From the NCBI GenBank assembly GCA_964625085.1, contig CAZVAJ010000005.1, positions 17,875 to 48,126 on the forward strand: DNA of 30,252 nucleotides. The letters are read 5' to 3'. The DNA comes from Candidatus Micrarchaeota archaeon. GTDB lineage: Archaea; B1Sed10-29; JAJSAI01. Under the pieces are notes generated by a model, which saw only the letters and a list, made by a program, of their open reading frames with translations, had not been told where the DNA came from and searched no databases. Positions 1 through 9,638 of the stretch are shown here, piece by piece (position 1 is the stretch's first letter; the number at the start of each line of letters is the position of its first letter). The position numbers and the translations under genes are program-made.

Positions 1-2571
1 CCTGGCACAATTCTCATAAGCTCTTATGACGGGACAGGCACATTCTCCGTAAGCATAAACGTTTCAGCGGACGTTCCTGCGGGACAGTACACTTGCGCTT
101 ATAACATATCATGTGTTGAGAATCAATCATATTACAATTATTCAAGTTTTACAGTCACGGTTAACCCTTATCATAATTTCACTCTTGGGCTTGACAATGA
201 CACAAAAGCAGGAACTCCTGGGGCTAGCGTGCAGTTCACCCTGCAGGTGAACAACACAGGAGAACAGGCAGACACGTTTAGCGCGGTTTGTTCAGTTGAT
301 GACGCTAACTACTCCTGTTCTGTGAGTCCCGCGAGCCAGCAGGTAAGCAACAGTTCATCATACAATTTTACAATAACGGTTAATGTGCCCCTGCACACGG
401 ACAAAAACAACCGCACGCTGACAGTAAATGTTACAGACTCGTACGAAACAAAACAGACTACAGCCACTATAGTGCCAGGCGACGGGTATGATGTAGAACT
501 GGTGTCAAACTCTTCCAGCAACACATTCTACGGTAATGCTAATGATACAGTTAAGATTGCAGTATACCTTAAGAATACTGCGAATGCAGACGATGATTAT
601 AACGTTAGTGTTAGTATTTCAGACTGGCTTCTGAAAGGATACTCTTTAGATGCAGGAGCATTCGAGAACACAAGCAACTTTAACATGAGTGTTTCCGCTT
701 TTTCGAACGAGACAATATGGTTGAATGTTACAATACCTGAAAACACGGCCGCGTGCACAACCAAAACGGTTACAATAACCGCAAATTCTAAGAATAATGC
801 CAGCTCAAGCGATTCCTTGTCTCTCACGGTCGGAACAGCCTGCTTTGATTATGATGTTAGGGTTTGGTATAACTCAACAAACCTAAATATTAGCATGTAT
901 AATATCACTCTCGGAGGAGCTGCGCAGAACGCTTCTTTTACCTGGCGGCTTTACTACCCTAACGGGACAACTCTTACAGGTGCTGATACATTTTCAGGAA
1001 GCCGTGTTCAATTTTTCACCTCAACAAATACCAGCAGCTGGCCAGTCGGCGTGTACAACATCAGCATGAACGTGAGCGACGACGGCCTAAAAGGAGAATA
1101 CAGCGGGCAATTTGTCTTTGCTAGGAGCGCGTACCTTTCTCTTCTCGGAGGTATATCTGGTCAAACTTCTTACTGTCAGGCGTCAAGAAAAAACCTGACA
1201 GTGTACAGCTATGTAGAAGGACTTTCAAGCGTGCCCATCTCGCCAACAACCTCTTCCACAGGCATCTCCTGCGCTATAGTTGGCACCAGCGGGTACACCT
1301 ACACAATACAATGTTACTTTGGAGGCACTGCTGGTCAGGACTATAACCTTACTGTTTCAAACTCATACTCTAACTGCGCGCAAGCCAACCTAACTTGCAC
1401 AGTATCCCCTGCGATAACCAAGAGTTCAACACTTACCGGAATATCCATAATCTCGTGCACGCAAGACCAGAACGATAACACCCAGACCACTAACCAAGAC
1501 AGCAGCAACCAACAGTCTGGGGACCTAGGTTCTTTAACCTCCTCGCAGCAGTCCAGCAATGAAACAACAGCAAACGAACAGAACCTAAACCTAAGTTTGG
1601 GTTTAGCACTAAAGGTCTCTGGCAAAAACCAGATAACCCTGCTGGTCGAGAACAGGGCCAATGTCAGCGGGAATATCACAGTGCAGGCAGAAGAAGAAGG
1701 AGAATGGAAACACTTCAACTTCACCATACCAAAAGTAGAAATAAGCGCGAAAGAAGCGATAAACTACAAGGTAAACTACACCGTGCTTGAAGGAGTGCCT
1801 CCCGGAAAATACAACGTAACCTTGACCATCATGAACCAAACAAGAAAGGTAACAATAACCGTGCCAGAGCCAGACAACAACAAGACAGTTAACAGGTACC
1901 TTGAAAAATCAGTCTCCGGGAACAAGACCAGGATAACGTTGTACGTGCGAAACCTGGAAGATATCAACAAGACGTTTAATATAACTGAGACAATTCCAAA
2001 AACGATCGCCCAAAACATCTCGGAAGTGACCATAATAACCAATGAGTCATACCAGGTGATAAACCCGGACCCCGTAATACTCTGGACTTTCACCTTGGGT
2101 CCTGGAGAAAGCAAGAAGATTTCGTACGTCGTGAACAAGATGGTAAAGAACGAGACAGAACTTCCTCCTCCTCTTGTTGAAGCGCAGCCACTTGCCCTGC
2201 AAGAGCAGGAAGAACAGAAAGAAGAGAAAGCAGCAGGTTATGATCCGACAGGGGTCTTGGTGATGGGCATTCTCACTTTAATGTTCGTGTGGATTATTGT
2301 CTCTTACCTGTACATGGAACCGTTCTACAAGCCTGTTCTTGACAGTGCTCTTGAGAAGGTGGGGCTTTCCAGGCAACCTAAAAAGAGGCCTCCTCTTGCT
2401 TTAAAGAAGAAAAGGATGCAATTGCCCAAGTTCAAGAAAAGAGCTGAGAAGATAATCGAAAAATCAGGCGAAATAAAAGAAGAGGTAGTTTCAGAGTACG
2501 AGGTAAAGCCAGAGGCTTCAGAAAAGAAAGAACACAGTGTTGAAGACCTGCTTGACTGGATCAAAAAATAA
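1..2571 (+). CDS. Large Ig-like-repeat surface glycoprotein with C-terminal membrane anchor (5' truncated by the window)
   Basis: Frame is open from base 1 (PGTILISSYDGTG...). Beta-rich Thr/Ser/Asn repeats with very many N-x-S/T sequons, a Q/S/N/T linker, an 'ETIPK...DPVILW...GESKKISY' domain, one TM helix (VLVMGILTLMFVWIIVSYLY) and a charged tail. Confidence 0.8.
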   Translation, partial: PGTILISSYDGTGTFSVSINVSADVPAGQYTCAYNISCVENQSYYNYSSFTVTVNPYHNFTLGLDNDTKAGTPGASVQFTLQVNNTGEQADTFSAVCSVDDANYSCSVSPASQQVSNSSSYNFTITVNVPLHTDKNNRTLTVNVTDSYETKQTTATIVPGDGYDVELVSNSSSNTFYGNANDTVKIAVYLKNTANADDDYNVSVSISDWLLKGYSLDAGAFENTSNFNMSVSAFSNETIWLNVTIPENTAACTTKTVTITANSKNNASSSDSLSLTVGTACFDYDVRVWYNSTNLNISMYNITLGGAAQNASFTWRLYYPNGTTLTGADTFSGSRVQFFTSTNTSSWPVGVYNISMNVSDDGLKGEYSGQFVFARSAYLSLLGGISGQTSYCQASRKNLTVYSYVEGLSSVPISPTTSSTGISCAIVGTSGYTYTIQCYFGGTAGQDYNLTVSNSYSNCAQANLTCTVSPAITKSSTLTGISIISCTQDQNDNTQTTNQDSSNQQSGDLGSLTSSQQSSNETTANEQNLNLSLGLALKVSGKNQITLLVENRANVSGNITVQAEEEGEWKHFNFTIPKVEISAKEAINYKVNYTVLEGVPPGKYNVTLTIMNQTRKVTITVPEPDNNKTVNRYLEKSVSGNKTRITLYVRNLEDINKTFNITETIPKTIAQNISEVTIITNESYQVINPDPVILWTFTLGPGESKKISYVVNKMVKNETELPPPLVEAQPLALQEQEEQKEEKAAGYDPTGVLVMGILTLMFVWIIVSYLYMEPFYKPVLDSALEKVGLSRQPKKRPPLALKKKRMQLPKFKKRAEKIIEKSGEIKEEVVSEYEVKPEASEKKEHSVEDLLDWIKK

Positions 2572-2582
2572 ACCAGCTTTTT

Positions 2583-2987
2583 TCACTCCCAGTATGAGAT
2601 GATTACCCGGCGCTCGTGGCGCGGGCCATCTGTTTCCAGCCAGAAAACGTTCTGCCACGTGCCAAGATCCAGCCTGTTGTTCTGCACAGGGATTGTTTTG
2701 GATTCTCCTAAAAACGTGCTCATCAGGTGAGAGTGCGCGTTATCATCAATCCTGTCATGCTCGTACCCTGCCCCTGGAGGAAAAAGTTCCCGCGCTTTCC
2801 TGAGAAAGTCTCTTCTGAGCCCGGGCTCGTCCTCAAGGATCACGATCACTCCTGTCGCATGAGGCGAAAAAAGATTGCACACTCCCTCCTTTGCACCCAT
2901 TTTCTTCAGTTCAGAGTTTATTTTCTCAGTGAGCCTCGTGAGCCCGTATTCTTCACGGGTGCTGAACACTATCTCCGCGCGCTTCAT
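2583..2987 (-). CDS. yjbQ: YjbQ/UPF0047 family protein
   Basis: Motifs HATG, YEHD..DDNAHSHL and LDLGTWQ...E.DGPR; 4-nt overlap with the aspS stop. Confidence 0.9.
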   Translation of the reverse strand: MKRAEIVFSTREEYGLTRLTEKINSELKKMGAKEGVCNLFSPHATGVIVILEDEPGLRRDFLRKARELFPPGAGYEHDRIDDNAHSHLMSTFLGESKTIPVQNNRLDLGTWQNVFWLETDGPRHERRVIISYWE

Positions 2988-4291
2988 GGTAACAGCCTGT
3001 CAGGATCTCTTGGCACCAGGTTGGCTTCCCTCACGTTCGGCAAGCCAAGAAGTTGCATCACGAACCTTGCAACTCCAAAACCCCAGCCTCCGTGAGGAGG
3101 GCACCCGTACTCAAAGAACTCAAGGTACTTGCCAAGACCCTTTTCAGTCAAGCCCTTTTCTTTTGCCTGTTTTCTTAGCACGTCAGGCCGGTGTTCTCTT
3201 TGAGCTCCTGTGGTTATCTCCATGCCCTTGTACAGAAGGTCATAACTTTTGGTAAGGGTAGGGTCTTCTTCTCTTTTCATGTGGTAGAATGGTCTGACCG
3301 CGTACGGAAAATGGGTCAGGAACACGAAGTCCTGATCATGCTTTTGCTTGATGTACTCTCCGAGTTTTTTTTCTCCTTCTGAGTCGAGCTCGCTGAACTC
3401 GTCTGCCTCAAGCAGGTGGGGAGCAACTTTTTCCACAGCCTCTTTGACTTTTATTCTAGGGAAAGGGGTTTTAGGCGTTTTTATTTCCCTGCCTAGAAGT
3501 TCTTTTATCTTTTCACTATGGGCTTTTTCAACCGCGTTTACTGCATTAACTATTATTTCTTCTTCAAGCTTCATGAGCTCTTCTTCTGATTCCACCCATG
3601 CTTTTTCCATGTCAAAGCTCAGGAATTCTGTCGTGTGCTTTACTGTCCTGCTTTCTTCTGCCCTGTAAACCTGGCCGAACTCGAAGACTCTTTCGAATCC
3701 TGAGGCTATTGCCATCTGCTTGTAGAATTGTGGTGATTGGGCAAGATAGGCTTTTTTCTTGAAGTAAGTGACCTCAAACAGTTCTGCCCCGCTCTCGCTG
3801 GGGCTTGCCATAAGCTTAGGCGTATGAATTTCCATGAACCCTTTCTCGAGCATGAACTGCCTGAAGGACTGCTCAATCGTGTTAGAGACACTGAAAACGA
3901 GCAGGTTCTTCGGGTTTCTTAGGTCAAGCCACCTGTAGTCAAGTCTTTTGCTCAGGTCTGTTTCCACTTTTCCCATGAACTCTATTGCCAGAGGCGTTTT
4001 TGCAGGATTCATGTTAATAATTTCTTCTACAATGACCTCTGCTCCTGCCTGTTTGCTCTTGCGCACGGTTCCTGTGGCGATTATCACGCTTTCCCGGGGG
4101 ATTTCTTCCATTTTCTTGAATTCAGAATCAGGAGTAATGCCTTTTTTCAGAACAAGCTGAGCAATTCCTGTACTGTCCCGGAGTTTTATGAACGCGAGTC
4201 CCCCGAGATCCCTGTAGTGCTGGACAAATCCAGCGAGCTTGACGTGTCGTCCGTCAGCTTTAGGGGTTATCTCACTGTTTTTTGTTATCAT
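2984..4291 (-). CDS. aspS: Aspartate--tRNA ligase, archaeal type
   Basis: OB-fold RDLGG, RLDYRWLDLR, AYLAQSPQFYKQ, motif 2 YRAEES, EITTGAQREH, motif 3 GCPPHGGWGFGVAR, PRDPDRLLP end. Confidence 0.95.
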   Translation of the reverse strand: MITKNSEITPKADGRHVKLAGFVQHYRDLGGLAFIKLRDSTGIAQLVLKKGITPDSEFKKMEEIPRESVIIATGTVRKSKQAGAEVIVEEIINMNPAKTPLAIEFMGKVETDLSKRLDYRWLDLRNPKNLLVFSVSNTIEQSFRQFMLEKGFMEIHTPKLMASPSESGAELFEVTYFKKKAYLAQSPQFYKQMAIASGFERVFEFGQVYRAEESRTVKHTTEFLSFDMEKAWVESEEELMKLEEEIIVNAVNAVEKAHSEKIKELLGREIKTPKTPFPRIKVKEAVEKVAPHLLEADEFSELDSEGEKKLGEYIKQKHDQDFVFLTHFPYAVRPFYHMKREEDPTLTKSYDLLYKGMEITTGAQREHRPDVLRKQAKEKGLTEKGLGKYLEFFEYGCPPHGGWGFGVARFVMQLLGLPNVREANLVPRDPDRLLP

Positions 4292-4298
4292 GTTCTGG

Positions 4299-4724
4299 TC
4301 ACTCGAACACTATTTCTATGTCTTTATCATAGATATCTTTTACTATTTTTTCAACTTCTTCTTTTTTCATTCTAAGCTTTCTTTTGTCCTCTTTTGAAAG
4401 TATTATTCTTCTTTTTTCGCCTTCTGGTAGATAGAGTTTGCTTGTGCTGATTATCCTGGCAGGGTAAACGAGATCAGCCACTGTATCAAGAACTCCTGTT
4501 TTCTGCAGAACTTTTATCTTGCACCCTGTTTTTTCAGACACTTGTTTTATGTTCCTGCCGTTTTTCCCTATCAGTCTTCCTATATTTCCTTCTGCTACTA
4601 GTATCACAAGGTTCTTTGTGCTGAGGATCTTGTGGATAGTGGCATCCTGCGGAAGTTTTGAGAGCTCTTCAAGTACTTTTTTGCTCCTTTCATCCAGTTT
4701 TTCTTCGTTTTCTAAGACCCTCAT
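4299..4724 (-). CDS. KH-domain RNA-binding protein (archaeal NusA-like)
   Basis: KH GxxG loop IGRLIGKNGRNIK; GAGGT RBS upstream; directly precedes aspS. Confidence 0.75.
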   Translation of the reverse strand: MRVLENEEKLDERSKKVLEELSKLPQDATIHKILSTKNLVILVAEGNIGRLIGKNGRNIKQVSEKTGCKIKVLQKTGVLDTVADLVYPARIISTSKLYLPEGEKRRIILSKEDKRKLRMKKEEVEKIVKDIYDKDIEIVFE

Positions 4725-4784
4725 TTTAACTACCTCGGAAATTTGAAAAGGGGTTTTTGGTTTAAAAAAGAAGATTTTGGGAGC

Positions 4785-5063
4785 TTATTTTGTTAGGGTT
4801 ATTGTTATCGCGGAAACCTTTGACTTGCTCCCGTCCTCGTTGTCTATTTCCTCTGTGTGTGTTTCTATCTTGTCTATTTTCACTTCGTTGAGGAACTTGT
4901 TCCTCACTATTTCTGCCACGTCCACTGCTCTGCTTATTGACTTGCCTCTTGCTTTAACAATAACAAGTTTTGCTCCTTTGTTGAACTGTGTTACTACTGC
5001 TAGGACGTAGCTCATCACGCCTTTCTTTCCCACGTATATAACGTTGTCTGCTTCTTCTGCCAT
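4785..5063 (-). CDS. albA: DNA/RNA-binding protein Alba
   Basis: [46 protein letters not shown]. Confidence 0.97.
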   Translation of the reverse strand: MAEEADNVIYVGKKGVMSYVLAVVTQFNKGAKLVIVKARGKSISRAVDVAEIVRNKFLNEVKIDKIETHTEEIDNEDGSKSKVSAITITLTK

Positions 5064-5110
5064 TTGCTATCACCTTTCATGTTTTTTCTAGGATAGACTA
5101 TACTCTGTTT

Positions 5111-6073
5111 TCACTTAAAAAGCCTTTCCCTTTTCCTCTTGTAGTTATTTACTATCTGGTCAAGTAAATCCTGCTTTTTTTGATCGCAGGAGTCCAGTAC
5201 GGTGTAGTACACGTGTTCCTTGTCTTCGTAAAGTATTTCCACAAGTTTGCATGACTCTCCTTTTTTCTTGTAATGTTCGAACACTTCAGGATTTTCGGTC
5301 AGCACGTTTCCTTTGACCTTGGACTGTTTCTTCACTACTTTTACTTTGCTCTTTTTTTCTATCTCAAGTTTCCCTTCTTTCACTGCCTTTGCCAGCTTGG
5401 CAAACTTTTCTTTCAGGTTCCTAAGCTCTTTTTTGGAGTCTGAAAGTTCCTTTTTCAGAAGAGGATCTGCTGTTTTCGGCAGGTTCTCAAGCTTCTGGAT
5501 TCTTTTCTTCTGCTGGGATATTATGTTTGACTGGTTTTCTATCATTTTATCTTTTGCTTTTAGTTCCTGCATGAGTTCACTTGTTTTGTCGCTTATTACT
5601 CTTTTTTCCACTACCACTACCTTTTCACGTTCTTCTTTCTCTTCTTTCGTTTCTTTGACTCCCAGCCAGGCTCTTTTGAAGTCAAGTTTTTTCAGCAGAC
5701 TTCTTATCTTGCCGGAGTGAACGTTATACGCTTTTACTGCAGCTGCAAGCGCGTCTTTTTCGTGCTGGTTCTTCAGATTATATCTTCTAATAAGCTCTGC
5801 TTTTTCTTGTTGCGTAAGGTCTTCAGGAGGTGTGTACAGTCTGGCGTGGGTCATGCTCGCTATTCTTTTTACCATTTCAGGAGCCTTTGCTTTATCAGTG
5901 GCAACTATAACCGGTTCTCCGTGGTCCCGCAGTTCATACATGATCTCAGAAAGAGAAAGGTTTTTCCCGCTCTCAACGTCAATTACCCTGCCTTTCAGGT
6001 CAAGAAATGCCAGTCCCACTGTGGTTCCTGGGTCTATTCCAACGATTGTGTACTTTTTCAACACAACACCCAA
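5111..6073 (-). CDS. DUF460 / COG2433 RNase H-fold protein with coiled coil
   Basis: IVGIDPGTTVGLA, PVIVATDK, HEKDALAAA followed by a coiled coil. Start codon uncertain (TTG/GTG). Confidence 0.85.
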   Translation of the reverse strand: MGVVLKKYTIVGIDPGTTVGLAFLDLKGRVIDVESGKNLSLSEIMYELRDHGEPVIVATDKAKAPEMVKRIASMTHARLYTPPEDLTQQEKAELIRRYNLKNQHEKDALAAAVKAYNVHSGKIRSLLKKLDFKRAWLGVKETKEEKEEREKVVVVEKRVISDKTSELMQELKAKDKMIENQSNIISQQKKRIQKLENLPKTADPLLKKELSDSKKELRNLKEKFAKLAKAVKEGKLEIEKKSKVKVVKKQSKVKGNVLTENPEVFEHYKKKGESCKLVEILYEDKEHVYYTVLDSCDQKKQDLLDQIVNNYKRKRERLFK

Positions 6074-6106
6074 AGCTTTTATACACCGTTCTCTTTTAAA
6101 TTTTGT
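6074..6106. promoter_or_regulatory. Divergent archaeal promoters (DUF460 / lig)
   Basis: AAAGCTTTTATA (TATA 6077-6083) lies 23 nt before the lig ATG; TTTAAAA on the - strand at 6094-6100 precedes DUF460. Consistent with leaderless transcripts. Confidence 0.6.
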
Positions 6107-7855
6107 ATGCTGTTTAGGGACCTTGCCCGTGTTTTTCAGGATCTGGAGTCAACTACTAAGCGGCTTGAGATGACTTCGATCCTTGCGGATTTGTTCCGCC
6201 GCGCGGACAAGAGGGAAGCTAGCATGATCGCATACCTGCTCCAAGGTATGATAGCTCCTGCATTTAAGGGACTTGACATAGGGGTGGGCGAAAAGTTCGT
6301 ACAGCAAGCAATAGCAAAAGCAACTGGTTATCCTGTCAGGGTGGTTGAGGAAAAATATTATTCTTCAGGTGATCTTGGCCTGGTTGCTGAAGAGCTTGTT
6401 TCAGGAAAAAAACAGAAATCATTAATGTCAAGGGCCCTTTCTGTTTCAGATGTTTTCAACGCTTTTGATAAGATGGCCCGGGCTTCGGGCGCGAAGAGCC
6501 AGGCTGCTAAGATAAGCCAGCTTGTGGAACTTTTGAATAATGCGAGCCCTCTTGAAGCAAGATACCTTGTCAGAATTCCTTTGGGGAAGCTTAGGTTGGG
6601 AGTAGGGGATCCTACTGTTCTGGACGCACTTGCCACGGTTTTCGCCGGAGATAAGAAAAAAAGAAACATTCTTGAAAGAGCATACAATCTGACTTCGGAT
6701 ATAGGGCTTGTTACCAGAATAGTCTACGAGCAAGGTCTCTCTGCTCTTGAAAAAGTTAAAATAACTCCTGGAACGCCTCTCAGGCCAGCGTTATGCGAAA
6801 GGCTTCCAAGCGCGAAAGAGATCATAGAAAAGCTGGGACAATGCGCTGCAGAAGCAAAGTATGACGGTGTCCGCCTGCAGGTGCACCTGAGCAAGGGAAA
6901 AGTATGGCTTTTTTCCAGAAGACAGGAGAACATGACCAGCATGTTCCCGGACATAGTTAAAGAGATAAAGAAGATTCCTGTTGATTCTATTATATTCGAT
7001 TCTGAAGCACTGTCTTATAACGAAGAGACAGGAGAATTTTACCCCTTCCAGAAAACAGTGCAAAGGAAAAGGAAGTACGGGGTCAAGGCGTACTCTGAAG
7101 AGTTCCCTCTAAGACTTTTTGTGTTTGACGTAATGCACATTAACGGTAAGGATGTTATAGAAGAGCCATACACTAAAAGAAGGGCGATCCTGGAAAAAGA
7201 GATTGAAGGGAAGTACGAAAAAATAAAGGTTTCTGAAAAAAAGCTTGTTAAGACAGCTGAAGAGCTTCAGAATGTTTTTGATGACTACGTGTCAAGAGGC
7301 CTTGAAGGAGTTGTGGCAAAGGACCTGAAAGCCCCTTACACAGTAGGGGCCAGGAAGTTTGCCTGGGTGAAGCTGAAGAGAAGTTACAAGGGAGAACTGA
7401 GCGACAGTATTGACGCCGTGATACTCGGGTACTTTAAGGGCAAGGGACACAGGGCAAGGTTCAAATTCGGCACTTTGCTGGCAGGGGTTTATGATTCAAG
7501 GACAGACTCATTCAAAACAATTGCAAAAGTGGGGTCTGGTTTTACAGAGGATCAGATGAAAAAACTTGGGAACGAGCTGGAAAAAATACGGGTAAACAAG
7601 AAGTCAGCCCGGGTTGATTCATTTATTGAGCCTGATGTTTGGCTAGAGCCAAAGTACGTGGTTACATTGGTTGCGGATGAAATAACGGAGTCCCCTGTGC
7701 ATACATGCGGCTGGAACAAGCGTAAAGGAAGGGGATATGCGCTAAGGTTCCCCAGAATAGTTTCAGGCGTCCGGGACAAAAAACCAGAAGATGCTACTAC
7801 TGTGGAAGAAATAAAGGAAATGTTCCAGGCTCAAAAGAGGGTAAAAGAAGAGTGA
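6107..7855 (+). CDS. lig: ATP-dependent DNA ligase
   Basis: Start reassigned to ATG 6107 (MLFRDLARVF). Adenylation motif EAKYDG, EGVVAK, WVKLKRSY, KVGSGF, ALRFPR. Confidence 0.97.
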   Translation: MLFRDLARVFQDLESTTKRLEMTSILADLFRRADKREASMIAYLLQGMIAPAFKGLDIGVGEKFVQQAIAKATGYPVRVVEEKYYSSGDLGLVAEELVSGKKQKSLMSRALSVSDVFNAFDKMARASGAKSQAAKISQLVELLNNASPLEARYLVRIPLGKLRLGVGDPTVLDALATVFAGDKKKRNILERAYNLTSDIGLVTRIVYEQGLSALEKVKITPGTPLRPALCERLPSAKEIIEKLGQCAAEAKYDGVRLQVHLSKGKVWLFSRRQENMTSMFPDIVKEIKKIPVDSIIFDSEALSYNEETGEFYPFQKTVQRKRKYGVKAYSEEFPLRLFVFDVMHINGKDVIEEPYTKRRAILEKEIEGKYEKIKVSEKKLVKTAEELQNVFDDYVSRGLEGVVAKDLKAPYTVGARKFAWVKLKRSYKGELSDSIDAVILGYFKGKGHRARFKFGTLLAGVYDSRTDSFKTIAKVGSGFTEDQMKKLGNELEKIRVNKKSARVDSFIEPDVWLEPKYVVTLVADEITESPVHTCGWNKRKGRGYALRFPRIVSGVRDKKPEDATTVEEIKEMFQAQKRVKEE

Positions 7856-7874
7856 AAAATAAGAAGTGGTTTTT

Positions 7875-8729
7875 TTACCTGCCTGCCAGGTATCTGATTG
7901 ACGCGAACGCGATTCCTCTTGTGCACCCTGGGTCGTAGTTGAAGTACAGGATTTTTCCTCCGAACATTCCAGAGCCTTCTACTATCGCGAGCGCGTTATC
8001 TTCCTTGTTGTCTTCTCCTGTTCCTTGCAGTAAAGCGATTATGTTTCCTTCCTTGTTCTTTACTTTAACCACTTTTATGTTGTCACATGCTACTTCAGAT
8101 AGGTTGAGCTTGTACCTTTCTGCATAGTCGTGCAGTACAGGGTGCGTTCCCCAGAATATCAGGTTTGCTTCGGTCAGGTTTTTGGTTATGTCTCCTGACT
8201 GGCTTGCTTCTGGTTCTAGTTCTACAGGCACCTGATCTCCGAAGCTGGCAGGACTCCATCCTCTTACAAGAGGATCATTAGGGTCTGTTGTTGCTGCGTC
8301 TCCTATCAGGATAACGTTTCCTCCTGCTTTAAGGTACTCTCCTATCGCGTCCCTCTGAGCATACGTTAGGTTCTGCACGCCAGATACTATGACAAGGTCA
8401 AAGTCCTTTAGCATCTTTTCCCTTGGGTACTGCAGCACACTTAGCGGGACTGGAGTGTAGTATATTGAGTAAGCAGTGCCTTGGGTGTCAAGTATTTCTT
8501 GAAGTTTTTCTGCCCCTATTTTGGTGTCTCCTCCGCTCAGTGTTCCAATAACCCCTATTTTAACTTCTCCTGTGCGAGTGCACAGGAACTGGTTCATTAC
8601 AGGAACACTGCAAAAGGTAGGAGTGGTCTTTCCGATGAGTACGATCGCGATCAAGAGCAGGATTATTACTGGGATTACTCCTTCCCCATACCTTTTCCAG
8701 CCTTTTTCTTCTTCGTAATAGTATGCCAT
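7875..8729 (-). CDS. Membrane-anchored protein, putative class I GATase-like (DUF4350/ThuA-like) fold; paralog 1
   Basis: N-terminal TM helix; LKDFDLVIV, YLKAGGNVILIGDA, GGKILYFNYDP. Fold assignment inferred. Confidence 0.65.
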   Translation of the reverse strand: MAYYYEEEKGWKRYGEGVIPVIILLLIAIVLIGKTTPTFCSVPVMNQFLCTRTGEVKIGVIGTLSGGDTKIGAEKLQEILDTQGTAYSIYYTPVPLSVLQYPREKMLKDFDLVIVSGVQNLTYAQRDAIGEYLKAGGNVILIGDAATTDPNDPLVRGWSPASFGDQVPVELEPEASQSGDITKNLTEANLIFWGTHPVLHDYAERYKLNLSEVACDNIKVVKVKNKEGNIIALLQGTGEDNKEDNALAIVEGSGMFGGKILYFNYDPGCTRGIAFASIRYLAGR

Positions 8730-8734
8730 TTATT

Positions 8735-9586
8735 TCACGCTCCAGTAAGCATTTTTATTGCTGCCCTAAACAAGGGCACCTGGTCCTTAGGATGGAATGC
8801 AAAGTAAACTATATCCCCTCCTGCCAGGTTGTGAGAGTACACGACTCCAGGCACTTCTTCGGTCGCGGTTTCAAGGCTCCAGACAGTAGATGCTCCTCCT
8901 TCTGGTGTTATTTTAACGTAGTGCACGTTGGATGTTGTTGTCTCGCTGAAGTTCAGGTTGTCCTTGAATCCTGTTGTTAGTCCGGATATGCCTGGGTCCA
9001 GCTTGTGCAGAACTGTTTCGCCTGGTGCAGAGATTCTTGCCCAGCCTCCTTGCAGAGTGCCGGTCTGGTCAGCGCAGTCGGTTAAAGTGTCTGAAACGCA
9101 GTCAACTGGAACAAACCCAAGGATGTTCCATCCTCTTTCCTGGGTGTTTTCCGTAAGATATCCTGCCCTTCCAATTATTATTACTGGTTTTCCTTTACTC
9201 TGGTAGTATTTTATGTGCTGAAGCCCGCTGTACGGGATTTTTAGGCCTTGTCCTTCGCTTCCTTCCGTGAGTATCAGGAGATTGTACTTTTCTATAAAGC
9301 TTGATTCCCTGTGTTCAGCAAGCTGTTCAGGGGTCATTGTTTCAAGGTTTATTGGAACCTCTGGCGCGAGCTGTTTTTCTATTATCTCGTTTACTGTTCC
9401 ATCATCTCCGATTACCAGTGCGTTTATGTTCCCTTCTTTGAACAGGCTTCCTATGAACGGAACGCCTGTAAGCCAGCCCATGTATGAGGCTGCAAGTAGT
9501 AATACAACAATAAGCAGTATCACGGGTATGATTATTTCAAGGCTTTTTTTCCAGCCTTCTTCTTCCATTCCATAGTATTCGTCCAT
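8735..9586 (-). CDS. Membrane-anchored protein, putative GATase-like fold; paralog 2
   Basis: Start reassigned to ATG 9586 (GGAGG RBS). Shares YY..EEE.GWK/IP-TM N-terminus, RGW, VPV and GGDIVYFAFHP with paralog 1. Confidence 0.65.
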   Translation of the reverse strand: MDEYYGMEEEGWKKSLEIIIPVILLIVVLLLAASYMGWLTGVPFIGSLFKEGNINALVIGDDGTVNEIIEKQLAPEVPINLETMTPEQLAEHRESSFIEKYNLLILTEGSEGQGLKIPYSGLQHIKYYQSKGKPVIIIGRAGYLTENTQERGWNILGFVPVDCVSDTLTDCADQTGTLQGGWARISAPGETVLHKLDPGISGLTTGFKDNLNFSETTTSNVHYVKITPEGGASTVWSLETATEEVPGVVYSHNLAGGDIVYFAFHPKDQVPLFRAAIKMLTGA

Positions 9587-9638
9587 CACAAAACCTCCGC
9601 TGAATGATATAAGGGTTTCTAGCATTTATAAAGTTTTA

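Noticed and set aside
5717..6106. 130-aa N-terminal extension of DNA ligase in the ORF track
   Set aside because: It is antisense to DUF460; ligase similarity and a TATA box point to ATG 6107.
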